The notes below the pieces were generated by a model that was not told the DNA's origin, did not search any database, and saw only the letters and a list, made by a program, of their open reading frames with translations. A stretch of DNA of 64,000 nucleotides from Epiperipatus broadwayi. Lineage: Eukaryota > Animalia > Onychophora. The position numbers and the translations under genes are program-made. Location of the stretch: positions 5,022,001 to 5,086,000 of the forward strand of contig JAQFVV010000006.1 of assembly GCA_028023455.1 (NCBI GenBank), read 5' to 3'. The number at the start of each line of letters is the position of its first letter. Positions within the stretch are counted from its first letter, which is position 1. Below are positions 40,105 to 50,580 of the stretch, one piece after another.

Positions 40105-40270
40105 CAACTAAACATCACATGATCACCATTTCTTATGCTTACTCATAACTGTTATTAAAATGGGCAAAACTCTCCATATAGAAGTACCCTCAGTGCAAGC
40201 CAGAGTAATATGGCATCCATTGATTACTCTGGCTTGCACTGAGTGGCACTACTGTATGGAGAGTTTTGCC
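40105..40270. mobile_element. Family A palindromic fragment
   Basis: GGCAAAACTCTCCATA..CAGTGCAAGCCAGAGTAAT / ATTACTCTGGCTTGCACTGAG..ATGGAGAGTTTTGCC. Confidence 0.88.
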
Positions 40271-41767
40271 TATTCAAAACTAAAGAAGAAATTGAAAATT
40301 TTTAAAAACAATATTTATAAAAGTTCTAAACAAATATATGTTAATTACAAGCAATTTTTAAGAGATTTGAGTGTATATATTTAATTTATAATGTAATTTT
40401 AAGTCAATAAAAAGCTGATAATTTTTTTCTCCATCTCCTCTCCTTTGTTCAAAACTGAATAAAAAATAGAACCACAAACAATACTAAAGGTTTGATTCTA
40501 ACCTATCAGTTACAAATAGTAAGAGGTTTTAAATTATGCAATTAATTTATCAATTAATTTTTAGGTCACTTCCATGCCTTAGCTCTATAATGCCTGAGTG
40601 AGAACAACAAATTATTTTAGGAATTAATTTTCGTTAGAATCCAAAGGAAATAAAGCCTACAATGGGCCAATTTTTTATGCACTTTAATACATGTTACAAT
40701 ATATAAGAATAATAGGATATAAATATAGACCAAGATACAATATTCATATGACTTCACATTTTTTTCAATTACATAAGCCCATACTGTATATCTTTGGAAT
40801 ATAAGTCCTTTTCACTTATGACATACTTAATAATTAAATAACAAACAGAAGGCAATGCATTAGCTTTGCCATGATTAAAGTCTTTTAATCCTGCAGGTCC
40901 TTAACACATTTTAAAATCATAATAATATTGGAGTGATTTATTTTAACCCTAGTCAGCTTGGGTACCTTCAAGAAGTGAGATCCTGAGTAATAAGATATCA
41001 TCTGCTGGTTTATTTCACAGCTACTTCCGAATGGAATCTCAGTTGACTCTAATGATGAAGATGAAAGAAAAAAGATATGCCTTTTTCTATTCCAATGTTT
41101 TCTGGAGTAATAAGGTTCATGAGGATCCACATGAAGAGTTTTATCAGTTCAATCTTTTCTGTAATTTCATTAGTAGTTCGATGATACTATTGAATTTTCT
41201 CCGTTATCTTATTTTACTTTTTCCTTTCCGTAATTAGTTCCTGTTACAATATTTTGATTCAATATTTTATTTAATTAATATTCCATTTTCTCCATTACTT
41301 TATTTCTTTTTAATATTATTTTTATCTCTTCACATAATTTTAATATACATACATTTCATTCAATATTATGTAGTATTACAAAAGTCACTTTTCCAAATAA
41401 AACAGATCTCAAATTTATTGATTAGTTATTCCAGTATTGTTTCATGACTTTGTTGCATTGTTTAAAGAATCACCAAAAATAAAATGGAATGTAGGCACTT
41501 GATTCTACCGGTGCTTATTTTTTCTTCTCTTTGTTTATCCAATAAAATAAGTAAAGTGTTGTATCATCAAAAAAAAAAAACCAATATGAAAAATAAAATT
41601 TAATAAATCTGAACAAAGAGTAAAATTATAATACACACGATTATACACAAAAGCATTTTCAATTAGTTCTAACTCAAAAGGGAATGTATGAAACTATCCT
41701 TGGTAATGCACTATTTTTGACAATAATGTTTCCATGTCTTTAGTTCCATTTAACCTCCTTGTATTTA

Positions 41768-42145
41768 CAGGCAAAACACTATACGTATTGCCACACACAG
41801 CAAGCTAGAGTAATCAATGGATGCCAGAAGGCTTGAGCATAAAATCCCCATCTAGTGCCTACTCATACAATATCACCAGACTATGAGAAGCCTTGGATCT
41901 GATAGCACTGCACCAAGATCTTAGGATCTAATGCAACCCTCCAGCAGACACCTTTTATGTCCACTTAACTACAAAACTATGAGTCTTAACTGAAAATACA
42001 TAAATGTTTTCAATCTAAACCCATTAGCTTATATACTCATATGGGTTTGAACTCATATGGGATGCACAAGCCTTCTGGAATCCATTGATTACTCTAGCTT
42101 GCTGTGTGTGGCAATATGTATAGTGGTTTTTGCCTGTTTTAACAA
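41768..42145. mobile_element. Family A insertion with inverted arms; HHR core deleted
   Basis: Minus arm reads GGCTTCTCA|TAGTCTGG (core lost between the stem I strands); plus arm 42062-42145. Confidence 0.88.
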
Positions 42146-42244
42146 CAATTATACACAAGCATAAAAAGTGGTGGTCATGTGATATTTATTGCCTCCTTGT
42201 ATTACACTAGCATTCGGACAGATTTGTTTATTCTCATTTACTTT

Positions 42245-42970
42245 AAGCTTCCAACTTTCACTTTAATATTAAACCATTATTATTTATCAGAATATAATAA
42301 ATTTGATCTCATTTGATAGATATTTTTATATATTTTTGTTTAAAAATTAAATAAATTTTAAAAAATTATATTTGATTTTTGGAATTATTTTAAAAATTAG
42401 ATTTTAATCAAAACATAGTGCTATTTTGTCATCAAATTTCAGGTGAAGCAGAATCAATTTTGAAAATTAACAAAATTTTTTTGTTTGATGTTTGTTTTAA
42501 TAATATGAATGAATTATTTTTAATATCTAGTAAATCTAACATATTATGCTTTAAAAGTTTAAAAAATTTGTAATTTTTATGATGTTGCTAAATGTCATAA
42601 CAGACTCCTTAGTGATGACATTTATAGACAGCCATATTCTCCATGCCTGTAATGTCTATAGTAACAATATTCAGAAGAATATTTTTTTATTTTTTACAGA
42701 AATGTTGTATTCTTAAATATATATATATATAATTTTCAATAATTATTATCCAATTATTATACAAAAATGATCATAAACTTTTTATAAAAATCAAGTTTTC
42801 AGACCATCATAATATTTTGTCGAAATAATCTTACAAAGTTTGAGATCATCAAATACATAATAGGCACTCACCATCGAAAACTTTGAAGACTCACTTATTC
42901 AATTATCCTAACACCTTTTGCATTTTTTTTTTGAAATCAAAATATTAGAAAAAATATACGTTAATTTTAA
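42245..42970. mobile_element. Second copy of the AT-rich repeat at 18860-19620
   Basis: Co-linear similarity, see 18860. Confidence 0.55.
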
Positions 42971-43259
42971 AGCTGTAAAGAAAAGGGATTAGCAAAATTT
43001 CTCAGTAGAGGGCAAAAACACAAAGACAGTTCTTTGACTTACAGCATAATAAAATTTTATAATTAAAAATGGGAAGGTTAATATAAATTTTTCCCTTGGT
43101 TTGTAATTGCAATTCAAATTTACAAACTTTTTGTTCATCTACATAGTGAAGTGGTTATAATCTAATGTTAAGTACACTTTTGGTGAAGTTCACCATAATT
43201 ATAGCTCTTTTAAACTAATTATTGTTGCTGCTTTATCTATGCAGTAATTAATATATTGC

Positions 43260-43605
43260 ACAGGCTTAAAACTGCATTCGTATATGTAATATATATGCTG
43301 GATTCGAACACAGGCTTTCACATGATCCACTACTCAGTGCCATCTCATATTGCTGACCCACCTGATCACATACATGTTGAAAAGATAAATAATCACCAAT
43401 ACACATATTTCATGCTAAACCAGCAATCATCAGTTGGTCTAGATTGCTATCCTCATACACACATATAATCAGTGCTCAGCTCTATATTAAGATAGCCAAT
43501 CTTCACACTTTAATGGACAGGCTTCAAACTATTCCAACTCACAACTCTTCAGCCTTCCATTTCATTGTAAATCTGATGATGGAACATTCAAAGCCCTTGT
43601 TAGTG
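43260..43605 (-). mobile_element. Family B copy; HHR 43396-43437 with intact core
   Basis: CCAA-CTGATGA-TTGCTGGTTTAGCAT-GAAA-TATGTG-TA-TTGG. Confidence 0.88.
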
Positions 43606-43654
43606 CCAAGGTAGTAATTATGTAATATAAATAAAGCCCCAACAATAATTAATT

Positions 43655-43890
43655 TAAGAGAGCCATAATCATGGTGAACTTCACCAAAAACGCCCTTAGC
43701 ATATGGTTATTAAAAAGAAAGAAACGATTTTGTTACGTCAGGTGAACCATAATCATAGAGAGTTACGATTATGGTGACCTTCCCTGAAAGTTCAGTTAGC
43801 ATTAGATTATAAAGAAGAAACAAATCACTTTGTTACACAGTTGAACTATTATTATAGAGAGTTATGATTATGCTATACTTCACCAAAGTG
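43655..43890. repeat. ~100-bp tandem repeat (2.5 units) with an inverted partner at 43155-43210
   Basis: GAACCATAATCATAGAGAGTTACGATTATGG units at ~43744 and ~43843; TTTTGGTGAAGTTCACCATAATTATAGCTC at ~43185 is the reverse complement of ~43660-43690. Confidence 0.7.
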
Positions 43891-44269
43891 CATTTTAATA
43901 TGTAAATGAACAAACATTTGCATATTTAAATTAGTTGGGTTTAAGTAAAAATTGAAAGTAAAACTAGAGTATATAATTTCAAATTCTTTAAAAAAAAATT
44001 TGCACTGAGAAAATAATTTGCCGGTAGCAATATTTTTTTTTAAATAACCACTCAAAAAATAACGAATGTGAAAAAAGTATTTTAATGAACATGGCACTAA
44101 CTCTGAAGCCATGACAATATGCAAATGAAATATGCAGGAAAATCAATCGCATTACTTTATTAAAACTATATTTCATTGACATTCATGAAATTTTTCAGCT
44201 TATCAATAATGAATCAAATAATGAAATATATAAATATAAACTTCCCAGTAGATAATATTATATAATACA

Positions 44270-44500
44270 TTGAGATTAATATTCCAACACTGGTCTATTA
44301 AATAAATAAAATACTCTCAATCCAAAACACATGATAAAACTATTTTAAAGTAAAGATGAGTCTGTCTTTCTCTTTACCTCAATTTATATAGAAGCCAAAC
44401 CTTAAAGATGGACTGATCTTTTCTTTAAAAAAAGTTTTATCGTATGCTTTGTGTTGAGAATATTTCATTTATTTAATGGACTAGTGATCAAATATTAATA
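44270..44500. repeat. Imperfect ~230-bp foldback (MITE-like)
   Basis: ATTAATATT..CACTGGTCTATTAAATAAATAAAATACTCTCAA..ATGATAAAACT pairs with AGTTTTATCGT..TTGAGAATATTTCATTTATTTAATGGACTAGTG..AATATTAAT. Confidence 0.7.
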
Positions 44501-45234
44501 TCAGTGTTTCATGTTTATAGGTATATTTGTTTCCAATTAAGGTTTAAAGTGTATAGATAGGCTACAAATAGTGTAATATTTCTAGCCTAATAAATGATTA
44601 ATACTAATTATTAAGGTGTTTATCTGAAAAACGTGATGGGAGGGATATGATAGTTGTGAATACAAGTTTAACACTTTTATAGCAAATTGTAATAATTTAA
44701 TGTGTATTAATAAAATACGTTCATTAGAAAAAATAAATATATTTCCAAAAAGAATTTTTTAAAAAAAGAAAAATACTGTGAATTTTAAAATATTTTTATA
44801 AACAAGTTGTATAATAACTTACCCAATGTGAAAATAACCATTGAAAAAAATATATAACGAAGTTATTTGATGTTTAAGCACCGAATTGAAAAGTTAATCA
44901 TCTATCTGAAAATGTTTAGATGTTGTAACTGTCAGTTCACCTGTGCAAATCTCTTAACAGAATCTATTATAATCCTGCATGGTGTAGAAACTGTAAAGGT
45001 TTATTTAATTTTATAAAGGTTGTTAAAATTATTTGTATGTTTCTCAGAGATATTTTATTGTATTTGGGAGTTTTACTAGTACATCACTTGTCTCAACTTC
45101 ACCATATCACAATCATTTACAAACTCAGATTACTCACCCACACCTCATCAATTGTTCCATATTATGTCTATCAAGCAGTCTCAGGCCAATATTTAACACA
45201 TCATCAATTTGGTTACATCAGAGCTGTATGCCAG

Positions 45235-45730
45235 TATAGAAATGCTCAGACCACCCTTTCATACCTCATCAACTTCACTATATCACAGTCACTCACTAGC
45301 ACAGAAACTCAGACCATCCTTTCATCAGCTCCACAAAACAACAGCCATCCACTATCACAGAAACTAGAACCACCCCTCTAATACCTCACCAATTCCACTA
45401 AATCACAACCATCTAATAACACAGAAACTCAGATCACCCTCTCACTTTTCATCACCTCCACTATATTATCATAGCCATCCACTGGCACAGAAACTTAGAC
45501 TACTCACTTATGTCTCATTAACTCCCACCATATCACAATCACTCACTGTGACAGAAACTCAGACTACCCTTTCATCCCTCATCAAGTCCACCAATCACAA
45601 CCATCCACCGGAACAGAAATTCAAACCACCCTCTCATCCCTCATCAACTCAGCCAATACAGAAACTCAGGTCACCTTCTCATCCCTCATCAACTCCACCA
45701 ATCACAACCATCCACTAACATAATAACTCA
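45235..45730. repeat. ~63-bp minisatellite, about 8 units
   Basis: ACAGAAACTCAGACCACCCT..CAT.CCTCATCAACTCCAC..ATCACAACCATCCACT recurs. Confidence 0.9.
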
Positions 45731-46544
45731 AACCTCTCTCTTTTACTAAACATGCATTTCATGGTCAACTGCATCATCGACTGAATTAGAGACTTCAAAT
45801 ACCTGAATATTCTTGATGTAAGGGAGATGAGATGAGTAATACAATGATAAAAAGAACTTTTAAAATATGTCCAGATTGGGAATTCAATTATTGCTCAGAT
45901 ATGAAAGTGACATACTGATGTAACAAATCAATTTTCTTAATCAAAGTGATTCTGTCTTTTTAGAGGGTTCAATTTGAAGCCTTTTTACTCTTGAGTTCAT
46001 CATTCTTTCCATCATACTAAATTTAGATATGGAAGTCATTGATTACAAAATTAAAAATAGTTTTTCCTCACACCTCTAAAAAGAATGATCATGTTTGATT
46101 GCAAACCTATTCAAATGTTTTATTTATTCATTCCTTTTGACTACACAGATGTTAGAATTGTGCAAATACGTCAAATAGTTAATTAACAGCGCTTATAATT
46201 ATATATAAGAAAATTGAATTAATACAACCCCTATCAATCCATGTGTGAAAACATTAATGTATGATCACTATTAAATAATTCTCATCAACTTCCTGGAACA
46301 TTTCTACCCCCCCGCCCATAAATCTATTAATCTTTCATTATCTATTAATTTCTTAAAACACAACCTAATTTTAAAGCATCAATAATCAATGATTTGGTCA
46401 TTTGTAACGATCTCAAACTATGTTTATTATATATATATATTTTATATATTAAGTGTGTGTCTATATAAGTAATTATCTAACAGTGAAAAAAACATGATTA
46501 CAATAATGTTAGCTGAAGGATTGTGATGGATTATTTCTATATGT

Positions 46545-46975
46545 ATCATTAAATGTTGGATGGTTAGAAAACTTTAAACTTTATTCAAACATTTCCAAAT
46601 ATGAACAATTGCTAGTATTAACACAGACGTTAGTGGATAACACGGGTTAGTAGATTACACATGTCAAGTTGCATTATTCTTCACTCTTCTTTAGGTATTT
46701 CTGGGCTGACTAGTAACAATGCTTGTCTAGGAGTATTGAACTTACACTGTTATATTCTTGAATATTAAATTTTAAGGCAAAACATTATCCAAGTTATTCT
46801 ATGTCGTCATTGATCCCACCAACTACACGTAATAAAGAGCAGAGAATAATACCAATTCAAATATTGTATAATCTACTAACCTGTGATGTCTACTAAGTTG
46901 TGTTATATATTAAATTGTATGTTATTACTAACCATTGTTTGTATTTGGAAAAGTTTAAATAAAGTATACAATTTT
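46545..46975. mobile_element. Old family D insertion, head-to-head
   Basis: Minus arm (~46790-46545) has GCCTTAAAATTTAATATTCAAGAAT..CCTAAAGAAGAG..TACTAACC; plus arm has TAATAAAGAGCAGAGAATAATAC..TACTAACC..TTTGGAAAAGTTTAAATAAAG. Confidence 0.65.
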
Positions 46976-47401
46976 TAGCTGTTCAATGATAGATCCAATA
47001 TCATCATCACAAATCTTCAGGCTAACAGTATCTATAATGTTGGTAAACAAACTGAATTAATGCTGCGGCCATCTAATTATTGTGCAATAAACATTCTTTA
47101 ATTTGTGTGTCTACATGATGTGTTTAAAGAAGTATGACAACTATTTATTGACACTATATTATAAAATTGGGTTTACAAGTAAATGAAATAAAATTATATA
47201 ATGTAATTATAGTACCAATCATTATTTAAACAAGTTAAATAATTCTATAAAGTAATATTCACATTTAAACCAAATTAATGAAGTTCTCATTATTGTTAAG
47301 ATAACTAACTGTCATTTATATGCAACAAGAAATGAGCCCTTTACATTAAGACAAGATACTGGCAAAATGTTGGTTGCAGAAACAATGTGAATTACTGTCA
47401 A

Positions 47402-47472
47402 GCGTTGGTGGCCTAGCAGTTAGCATAGCTGCTTTCTGAGCAGCTGGCCTGGGTTTCCTTCCCGGTCAACGT
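47402..47472 (+). mobile_element. tRNA-Gly-derived SINE or pseudogene
   Basis: GTCAA-GCGTTGGTGGCCTAGCAGTTAGC...TTCCCGGTCAACG-TTTTGACATATT-A(n); paralog of 30384. Confidence 0.75.
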
Positions 47473-47729
47473 TTTGACATATTAAAAAAAAAACAACATA
47501 AATTAGATTTAAAGTTGGTGTCTAATTCATTAGCCGAAAATTGCTGATTAATTCAAATAGCAAAGAAGCTTAATTTATGTAGGTCTTTGCATATTCATGC
47601 ATGAAGCATGCAGAATATCAATATGACTCAATACTACAAATGATCCCTCCTGTTTAAAAGAACATGAGAAGTATAGTGATACCATTATATTTAGATATAC
47701 CCTTAATGTACCTATAGACAATACACCAG

Positions 47730-48478
47730 AAGAAAAACTCTATACAGTAGCACCACTCAGTGCAAGCAAGAGTAATCAATGGATGCAGAAATGTTTCTAG
47801 GTGCAGTGCTTTCAGATCCAAGGCTCTTCATTGATGAAATCCACAAGATAGAAACTAGTCTGAGGATATTGGATGAGTAGGTACTAGATAGGAATTTTAT
47901 GCACAAACCTTCCTGCATCTATTGATTACTCTGGCTTGCACTGAGTGGCATACTACATAGTGAGTTTTGCCTCTGTGTAAATAGCTTGTGAAAACATAAA
48001 GAATGGTGATCATGCAATGTTTACTGGTATAATACTAATCCTGCCAAATAGGTTTATGATAACTATAATTATTAAAAAACCAATGACAAAAAGGTATGGA
48101 TACTGAACTGAGTTCAGATCTATAAGACTATACAAACTAATGAGTTTGGATTAGAAGTCATTATCATGTTTTTTATTTTAGACTCAAAGCTTTATAGTTA
48201 GCTAAAAATGTAAAAGATGATTGCTGGAGGATTGCATTAAATCCTAAGATCTAAGTGCAGTGCTTTCAGATCCAAGGTTCCTCACTAATGAAAACCACAA
48301 GCTAGACACTAGTTTGTGGATATTGAATGAGTAGGCACTAAATAGAGAATTTATGACAAATTTCCTTGCATCCATTGATTATTCTGGCTTGCACTGAGTG
48401 GCACTACTCTATGGAGAGTATTGCCTTTGTGTAAACTGGTTGGGTCAGCATAAAGAATGGTGATCATGTGATGTCTAG
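47730..48478 (+). mobile_element. Family A: inverted tip (47730-47790) plus 1.5 tandem monomers (period 453)
   Basis: CTA(G/A)GTGCAGTGCTTTCAGATCCAAGG at 47798 and 48251; HHR motifs 47826-47865 (CTTCA-TTGATGA..GAAA-CTAG-TC-TGAGG) and 48280-48319 (CCTCA-CTAATGA..GACA-CTAG-TT-TGTGG). Confidence 0.92.
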
Positions 48479-49589
48479 TGGTTTTTAAACAATATGATGG
48501 GAAAGAAATAAGCCAACACATCTGTATGATCTATATGTGTTATACTATCATCTATTGCCAGATTGGAGATAATATGTAAAGTAAAGATGAACCATCAAAA
48601 CAATAATCTTTAATTCTGGCAATCTAGAAAATTTCAGAATAACTCTATCATGATCTGAGTTACTTGAAAAATTCCATGGTCCACAAAGTATAAAATAATA
48701 ATGTAGTGCTGACAATATTAACAATCCTAAGTTTGCTTTGGAATTTACTGTGATGAACCACACTGGGAAAAGATTAGCAACTTCTGCTAAAATTTTTCAG
48801 TTATCTTTCAACTTTTTGCTTTACTGGTTAAATATATAATAAATAGGAATAGTGATTCAAATCAGACATTATCATCTACTGTATGAAAGTTTTTATATTG
48901 ACTAATCGCTATTAATCTCTAAAGATGACATTATATTTTAATTAATAATAATTTCTGTATTGAATTTCACTAGTCTACTCATATAGTGCTGACTATTTAT
49001 ATAATATAAATAAGATGACTAACTCCTGGTCATGTGCTTTTATATATTTGCATGCACTTGCCATGAGCATTAGTTTAAAAAGCATATAAAGGAAATCTTC
49101 GCTCATCATGTTGAAATCAGTATTTGAACCTATTGTGTGCTGAATTATAATTTAATAAATGAATTATACAAATGTATTCAGTAGCAGGAAAGATGTGGAA
49201 TCTCATTTTTAAGTATCTGTGATTAAAAATAGGGATTGATTTTTTAATTTTGCTATAATAAATAGTCTCTTTATATAATATTGTATTTATAAGCAAAGTA
49301 ATTACTAGCTTTACCATTTAATTCTATTATTAAGAATTTGTATTTATCTTAGATATATTTAATCTCTCAATCAAGGAATTATAATTAACTTAACGATAAT
49401 TACTTTTTTTTAAATCTCATAATAAAAAATAACTTATATATATATATTATTTGAGATTAAGGCATATCAGTGCACACTAAATATTTTAAAATACTCCATA
49501 ATCAAGCATAAGACCATTATGTTAAGTTAGAGAGTATTTTAAATTATTTATTGTGCAGTGACATAAGTCTTAATACTGAATATTATATA

Positions 49590-50103
49590 TATATTGATAA
49601 AAAATCAAGTCAGATGTCATATGACTTAATTTTAATAAAGCTCGTATTTACAAATGTTATATATAGAGTACGTAAAAATACATACTCTTATCAAGCTTTT
49701 AAAATACCCTCAACCCCAGACCGCGGTTTCTGCATCTAGCGTCGTCAGTGAGGTGTTAGGGATTAAAAACACTAGAACTAATCTAGCATTTTATCAATGC
49801 ATAACTATTGAGAAGAAAATCTGAAACTTTCAGACATCTAAATGCCCAAAAATCCAGCTATCTAACTCAAACAGCAGTATGGGACTGAAATAAATTCAGA
49901 TACACCATATATTAATAGCTCTAGCAATATAAAATCGCCAAAGCCTTAATAGCAAAAACTAAAATTAAATTGATAAAAAAATCAAGTCAGATGTCATATG
50001 ACCTAATTTTAATAAAGCTCGTATTTACAAATGTTATATATAGAGTAAAAATATACACTCTTATCAAGCTTTTAAAATACCCTCAACCCCAGACCGCGGT
50101 TTC
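49590..50103 (-). mobile_element. Family E: 1.35 tandem monomers (period 377)
   Basis: ATCAAGTCAGATGTCATATGAC at 49604 and 49981; ~120 bp nearly identical. Confidence 0.93.
49714..49753 (-). ncRNA. Hammerhead motif (family E), core intact with CpGs retained
   Basis: CCTCA-CTGACGA-CGCTAGATGCA-GAAA-CCGCGG-TC-TGGGG; stem III region ACCGCGGT is a perfect palindrome; GUC cleavage triplet. Confidence 0.8.
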
Positions 50104-50149
50104 TTTTATACATATTAGCCGTAGATTATACTCCTAAAAAGATTTTATA

Positions 50150-50580
50150 ATAGGTTATATTTTAATCTGTGTACTATTAATTACATTTGTACATGTTTTC
50201 CTGAAAGTTTGTGATGATGGTATTTGAGTTATATATATATATGCTGGACTATTTCCTTCATCTGAGTGTTGAATGTCTTTAGAAAAAATTAACTTTATGT
50301 AAACATTCCAAATACATTTAACTGTTAGTAACAGCACACTGGTTAGTATATGCACAAAGTTTTGAGAGGTATTAATCTCCCCTCTTCTTCAGTTTGGCTT
50401 GACGAGTGACAGTACTAACATAGTAATAGAAGCTGGACCCTTATATTCTTGAGTATTTAATTTTAAGATAATGCTCTAACCAACTTGAAATATTTAAATA
50501 AACTTAAATTTTCAAAAAGACATTCAACACTCATATTAGATGACGAAAATAGCCCAACATATAAATACACTATTTGTACA
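50150..50580. mobile_element. Family D: near-full copy on minus (50150-50482) plus inverted tail (50483-50580)
   Basis: Minus GTTGGTTAGAGCATT..TACTCAAGAAT..CTGAAGAAGAGGGGAGATTAATACCTCTCAAAACTTTG (50352-50396)..AAAGACATTCAACACTC; plus arm repeats AAAGACATTCAACACTC. Confidence 0.8.

Noticed and set aside
45235-45730. CRISPR-like array
   Set aside because: Whole units are similar end to end with no unique spacers; eukaryotic context; ordinary minisatellite
48548-48786. Minus-strand 79-codon frame as terminal exon
   Set aside because: Purine-rich acceptor context and no recognisable homology; cannot be supported
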